DNA from: Ruminococcaceae bacterium UBA5401
GTDB taxonomy: Bacteria > Bacillota > Clostridia > Oscillospirales > Acutalibacteraceae
Reading direction: 5' to 3'
NCBI GenBank assembly: GCA_002409675.1
Contig: DHOB01000082.1
Location: 23,514-71,093, forward strand
Length of the DNA stretch: 47,580 nt
Under the pieces are notes generated by a model. It did no database searches. It had not been told where the DNA came from and saw only the letters and a list, made by a program, of their open reading frames with translations. Both the position numbers and the translations under genes were made by a program. Below, piece after piece: positions 44,377 to 47,580 of the stretch. Numbering within the stretch: the stretch's first letter is position 1; each line of letters opens with the position of its first letter.

Positions 44377-45926
44377 GTCTTTTCCTCCGCGGCCGGCCGT
44401 GCGGCGAAGCCGCCCGGCGCCCGGCGCACGTGGGCGCCCAGCCTGACGAACAGCAGGGCGAGCAGGTACACCCCGGCAAAAAAGCACAGGTAGGTGAAAT
44501 TGAAGGTGTTCGTCACCCACAGGAAGGCGAAATTGCGCGGCAGATAGATAAAGTCCTTCAGGGCAATCAGACCCAGGGCGATGACCACCCAGTGCCGCGT
44601 CAGCAGGGACGAAAAGAATCGGAACGCCACCCCGACCAGCGCGCTGACCGCCGCGACGCCGGCCATCCCGTACGCCACGAACGCCTCCGCCACAAAAGAG
44701 GTGCCGAAGCCGCCCCCGGAAAGGTAGCGCCCGGGGTCCACCATATAGGTGAGCACATGCGCAAAATTAGAGGTGGTCTGGACAAACTCGGTGTTCTGGA
44801 CCTCCACAATCGGGTTCAGGCCGAACATTGTGCGGATGAAAATATTGTTGTGCGCAAACTGCTCGAACGGATAGAACAGAAACCGGTAGGCCTGGGAATG
44901 GTCGAACAGGTCCCAGTTGTTGACGGTCTGGATAATCACGCGGAAGCTGGCGCCCTGGGAATACACAAAGCTGACCAGCGAGTCGAAGACGCCCCTGGCG
45001 CGGACCCCGTGGCCGGCGCGGATCTCCGCGACCAGCTCCAGCACATACATCAGCGCCACGGCGCCGAACACGGCCCACAGCACGGTGCGCTTCCGGAACA
45101 GCCGGTTCTCTCTGGCCCGCAGGCCGTCGCGCAGCACAAAATAAATCACGAGCATCAGCACCTCGCACACAAACGTGTTCCGTTTGCCCGTAAACAGCGA
45201 AGCCAGCATATAGACCCCGTAAACGGCCAGCGGCAGCTTCATCTGCCGCCTGCTCGGCATTGTGGCGAGAAAGGCCGCGAACGCGGGCGCAAAGAGCGTG
45301 GAAAGGCGGCTGATGGCGGAGGGGACGTCGTCCTCCGCCTGCTGGATGTAGGAGCCGAGATACCCGTGGCGGAACACATACAGAATGCTGCGGAAGAGCG
45401 TGTAAAAGAACGCGAGCGAGCTGACCAGCAGCACGGCCACGCAGATCTGCCGGATCACGGGCAGGAGCGCGTTCCTGCGCACGGCGCCGCTCCGCTTCTC
45501 GCGCAGGGCGGCTTCCCGGCGCACAAACAGCGGCGCCGAGAGCTTGTACGCCGCGTAGACGAAAAAAAAGGCCAGCGTGACAATCTGCAGGGCGTCGAAC
45601 AGCGTGCCGAAGTCCCTGGCCTCCAGCCGGTACAGGATATGCTCATAGTCGCCAAAGAAAGAAACGTAGACCCGCCCGAGCAGCAGCAGGTCGAACGAGG
45701 CGGTGAAAACCAGCAGCGGAAAATCGCGCCGGATGTTTGCGAACACATCCGCCAGCACGGCGACGTTCAGCGCCGCGTTCGCCGCGAACATCACGCAGAC
45801 GGCGGTCTCCTGGTACGCTCCGCCCAGCGCCGCCAGCAGGTTCGCGACCAGCATCAGAACGGCGAAGGCGCCAAACAGCACCGTGTTCCTCAAACTGTTT
45901 CCCGTGCCGAGATGTTCCGCCGTCAT
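44373..45926 (-). CDS. wzy: O-antigen/polysaccharide polymerase Wzy family protein
   Basis: About 12 TM helices, GY motif, TGKRN, FVYSQG, large loop ending YLSGGGFGTSFVAE; first gene of a GT operon; GGAGG RBS. Confidence 0.8.
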   Translation of the reverse strand: MTAEHLGTGNSLRNTVLFGAFAVLMLVANLLAALGGAYQETAVCVMFAANAALNVAVLADVFANIRRDFPLLVFTASFDLLLLGRVYVSFFGDYEHILYRLEARDFGTLFDALQIVTLAFFFVYAAYKLSAPLFVRREAALREKRSGAVRRNALLPVIRQICVAVLLVSSLAFFYTLFRSILYVFRHGYLGSYIQQAEDDVPSAISRLSTLFAPAFAAFLATMPSRRQMKLPLAVYGVYMLASLFTGKRNTFVCEVLMLVIYFVLRDGLRARENRLFRKRTVLWAVFGAVALMYVLELVAEIRAGHGVRARGVFDSLVSFVYSQGASFRVIIQTVNNWDLFDHSQAYRFLFYPFEQFAHNNIFIRTMFGLNPIVEVQNTEFVQTTSNFAHVLTYMVDPGRYLSGGGFGTSFVAEAFVAYGMAGVAAVSALVGVAFRFFSSLLTRHWVVIALGLIALKDFIYLPRNFAFLWVTNTFNFTYLCFFAGVYLLALLFVRLGAHVRRAPGGFAARPAAEEKT

Positions 45927-45964
45927 GGGCGCACCTCCCTTGCCTGTCTGTCCGAATTTTTTAT

Positions 45965-45993
45965 ATTATACCATGATTGCGGGACCTTGCCAA
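45965..45993 (-). promoter_or_regulatory. SigA promoter of the wzy operon
   Basis: TTGGCA (45988-45993), 17 bp, extended TGn-TATAAT (45965-45970). Confidence 0.75.
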
Positions 45994-47580
45994 TCATCGG
46001 CTCACCTTCAGCTTTTCCACGGCGGCCCTGTCCGGCGAGGCAAACACGGTCTTGTTGCCCACATAGATGACCATGCCGGGCTTCGCGCCCTGCGGCTTGC
46101 TCACAAACCGCACGGGGGTATAGTCCACCGCGACGTTGGAGGAACCCCGCCCTCGGCTGTGGTAGGCGGCGACCTGCGCGGCCTCTGAAATGGCGGCGGG
46201 GGTCGGCTTTTTGCCGTGAAGGACGAGGATGACGTGCGAGCCGGGGATGTTCTTCGTATGGAACCACAGGTCGTTCTTTTTGGCCTGCTTCAGGGTCAGG
46301 AAATCGTTCTGCCGGTTGTTCCGCCCCGCCAGAATCGGAAGCCCGTCGCTGGAACGGAACTCCAGCGGCGGCTGACCCCCGCCGCCGCGCCTGTCTTTCT
46401 TGCCCTCTCTGGGCCGGCGCAGGTACCCCTGCTCCGTCAGCTCGGCGCGGATTTCGTCCAGGTCCCGTTCGCCGGAGGCGCGGCTCAGCTCGTCAAACAC
46501 GGTCTCCAGATAAGAGAGCTCCCGCTGGGTTTTCCAAATCTGTACGGAAAGGACTTTCTCTGCTGTTTTTGCCTTTCTGTATTCTTTGTAATACTTCTGG
46601 GCATTCTGCGCGGGCGTCAGAAGGGGGTCGAGCGGAATGGCGACGGGCGGCTGGCCCTCCCGGTAAAAATCCGGCAGCGTCACGGAAGCGGGCCCTTTTT
46701 TAAGCCTGTAAAGGTTCGCGTTGAGCAGATCTCCGAAGATGCGGAGCCGGTCCCGCCGGGTGCAGCGTTTGAGGTCCGCCTGCTGCGCGCCGATGCGGCG
46801 GCTCAGCCGGTCCGAGGCGGTGGTCAGGACGCGCAGCAGGTCCAGCGAGCGCGTATGGATGCGGGCCAGGCGGTCCCGCTCGCCGTAAAAATCGTCCAGC
46901 AGCTGCGAAAAGCCGTCCTTGCGCGTGACCACGGCGGCGGTGCCGTAGTAGGTGATGGGAAGGAACGAAAAATCCAGCGGCTTTCTGGAAAGGTCCGCCG
47001 CCAGATACGGGGCGCCGTCTGCATTTTTTACGGTTTCCGCCAAACGGGAAAGGAAAAACGAGAGCCGGTCGAACTGTTCCGGCGTCATGCCGCCCACGCG
47101 CAGCTCCTGCCCGCGGCCGGTGAGGTGCTGCAGCTCGCGGCAGACGACCGGAGAAAGGCCCTGCAGCGCGGCGAGCAGGGCCTTGGCGAGCCCCGTCCCG
47201 ACCGGCATCGCGCGCACGCGCGCGATGATTTCCCGCCGGTCCGCGGTCAGCAGGCAGAGCTTGTTCTGCGGCGGGGGAAGGCGGTACGCCACGCCCGGAA
47301 GGATCAGCCGCTCGGACGACATGCTCGCGTCCACGCGCCGCAGGGCGTCGATGATTTTACCGTCGCTCCCGACCAGGATCGCGTTGCTGTACCGGCCCAT
47401 CACCTCCACAATCAGGGTCAGGAGGACCGGGTCCCCCAGCTCGCTGACCGTCTCAAAGTCGAGGCAGAGCAGCCGCTCCAGCCCGGGCTGGCGCACTGCG
47501 CGCAGGCGGGCCCCCGTCAGGCGTTTGCGCAGCAGCATGCAGAGCATGGGGGGCTGCTTCGGGTTTTCGGGGATGATTTT
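45994..47580 (-). CDS. rqcH: Ribosome quality control protein RqcH (FbpA/NFACT family); 5' end outside the window
   Basis: ENPKQPPMLCMLLRK, EVMGRYSN, NAQKYYKEYRK, GRNNRQND, WFHTKNIPGSHV, VDYT, KPGMVIY; frame stays open to the window edge. Confidence 0.95.
   Translation of the reverse strand, partial: KIIPENPKQPPMLCMLLRKRLTGARLRAVRQPGLERLLCLDFETVSELGDPVLLTLIVEVMGRYSNAILVGSDGKIIDALRRVDASMSSERLILPGVAYRLPPPQNKLCLLTADRREIIARVRAMPVGTGLAKALLAALQGLSPVVCRELQHLTGRGQELRVGGMTPEQFDRLSFFLSRLAETVKNADGAPYLAADLSRKPLDFSFLPITYYGTAAVVTRKDGFSQLLDDFYGERDRLARIHTRSLDLLRVLTTASDRLSRRIGAQQADLKRCTRRDRLRIFGDLLNANLYRLKKGPASVTLPDFYREGQPPVAIPLDPLLTPAQNAQKYYKEYRKAKTAEKVLSVQIWKTQRELSYLETVFDELSRASGERDLDEIRAELTEQGYLRRPREGKKDRRGGGGQPPLEFRSSDGLPILAGRNNRQNDFLTLKQAKKNDLWFHTKNIPGSHVILVLHGKKPTPAAISEAAQVAAYHSRGRGSSNVAVDYTPVRFVSKPQGAKPGMVIYVGNKTVFASPDRAAVEKLKVSR

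Noticed and set aside
9055-47580. Functional link between rqcH (Ala-tailing) and alaS in the same window
   Set aside because: They are over 34 kb apart in separate transcription units; co-occurrence is probably coincidental.
1-47580. CRISPR array, tRNA/rRNA, prophage, IS element or defence system
   Set aside because: No spaced repeat array, cloverleaf, integrase/transposase motif or defence-type domain was seen on either strand.

Overview
High-GC Clostridia-type chromosomal segment; gene content and synteny suggest Oscillospiraceae, which is an inference. Almost all genes are on the minus strand. Read in transcription order (right to left): partial rqcH; a split surface-polysaccharide locus (wzy, four GT4, one GT2, a Wzz/BY-kinase fusion) with a DUF421/DUF4363 pair inside it; an alpha/beta hydrolase; thyX-tmk-GNAT-DJ-1-5-formylTHF cyclo-ligase-mltG-U32-PBP; an AT-richer block of about 14.7 kb (two-component system, sugar ABC transporter and GH35 beta-galactosidase, then a class III aminotransferase and a Pot-like ABC transporter); T-box-alaS; hit-PRTase-comEC-holA-RNase M5-like-PPK2-mtnN-cyclase; and the 5' part of potA. 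No CRISPR, rRNA, tRNA, integrase or transposase was seen. The most interesting signals are mostly non-coding: (1) an unannotated ~110-nt transcription unit at about 1122-1231 with four Pho-box-like repeats at 11-bp spacing, a TATAAT, a 5' hairpin, two C-rich anti-SD motifs and a terminator (candidate regulatory sRNA); (2) two terminators in the aminotransferase/ABC operon, each overlapped by an ANTAR-like AAGGGY hexaloop hairpin; (3) a highly structured potA leader with an anti-SD; and (4) a Wzz-fused BY pseudokinase lacking the Walker A Lys, Walker B Asp and tyrosine cluster. All calls come from reading motifs by eye; no database search was run.
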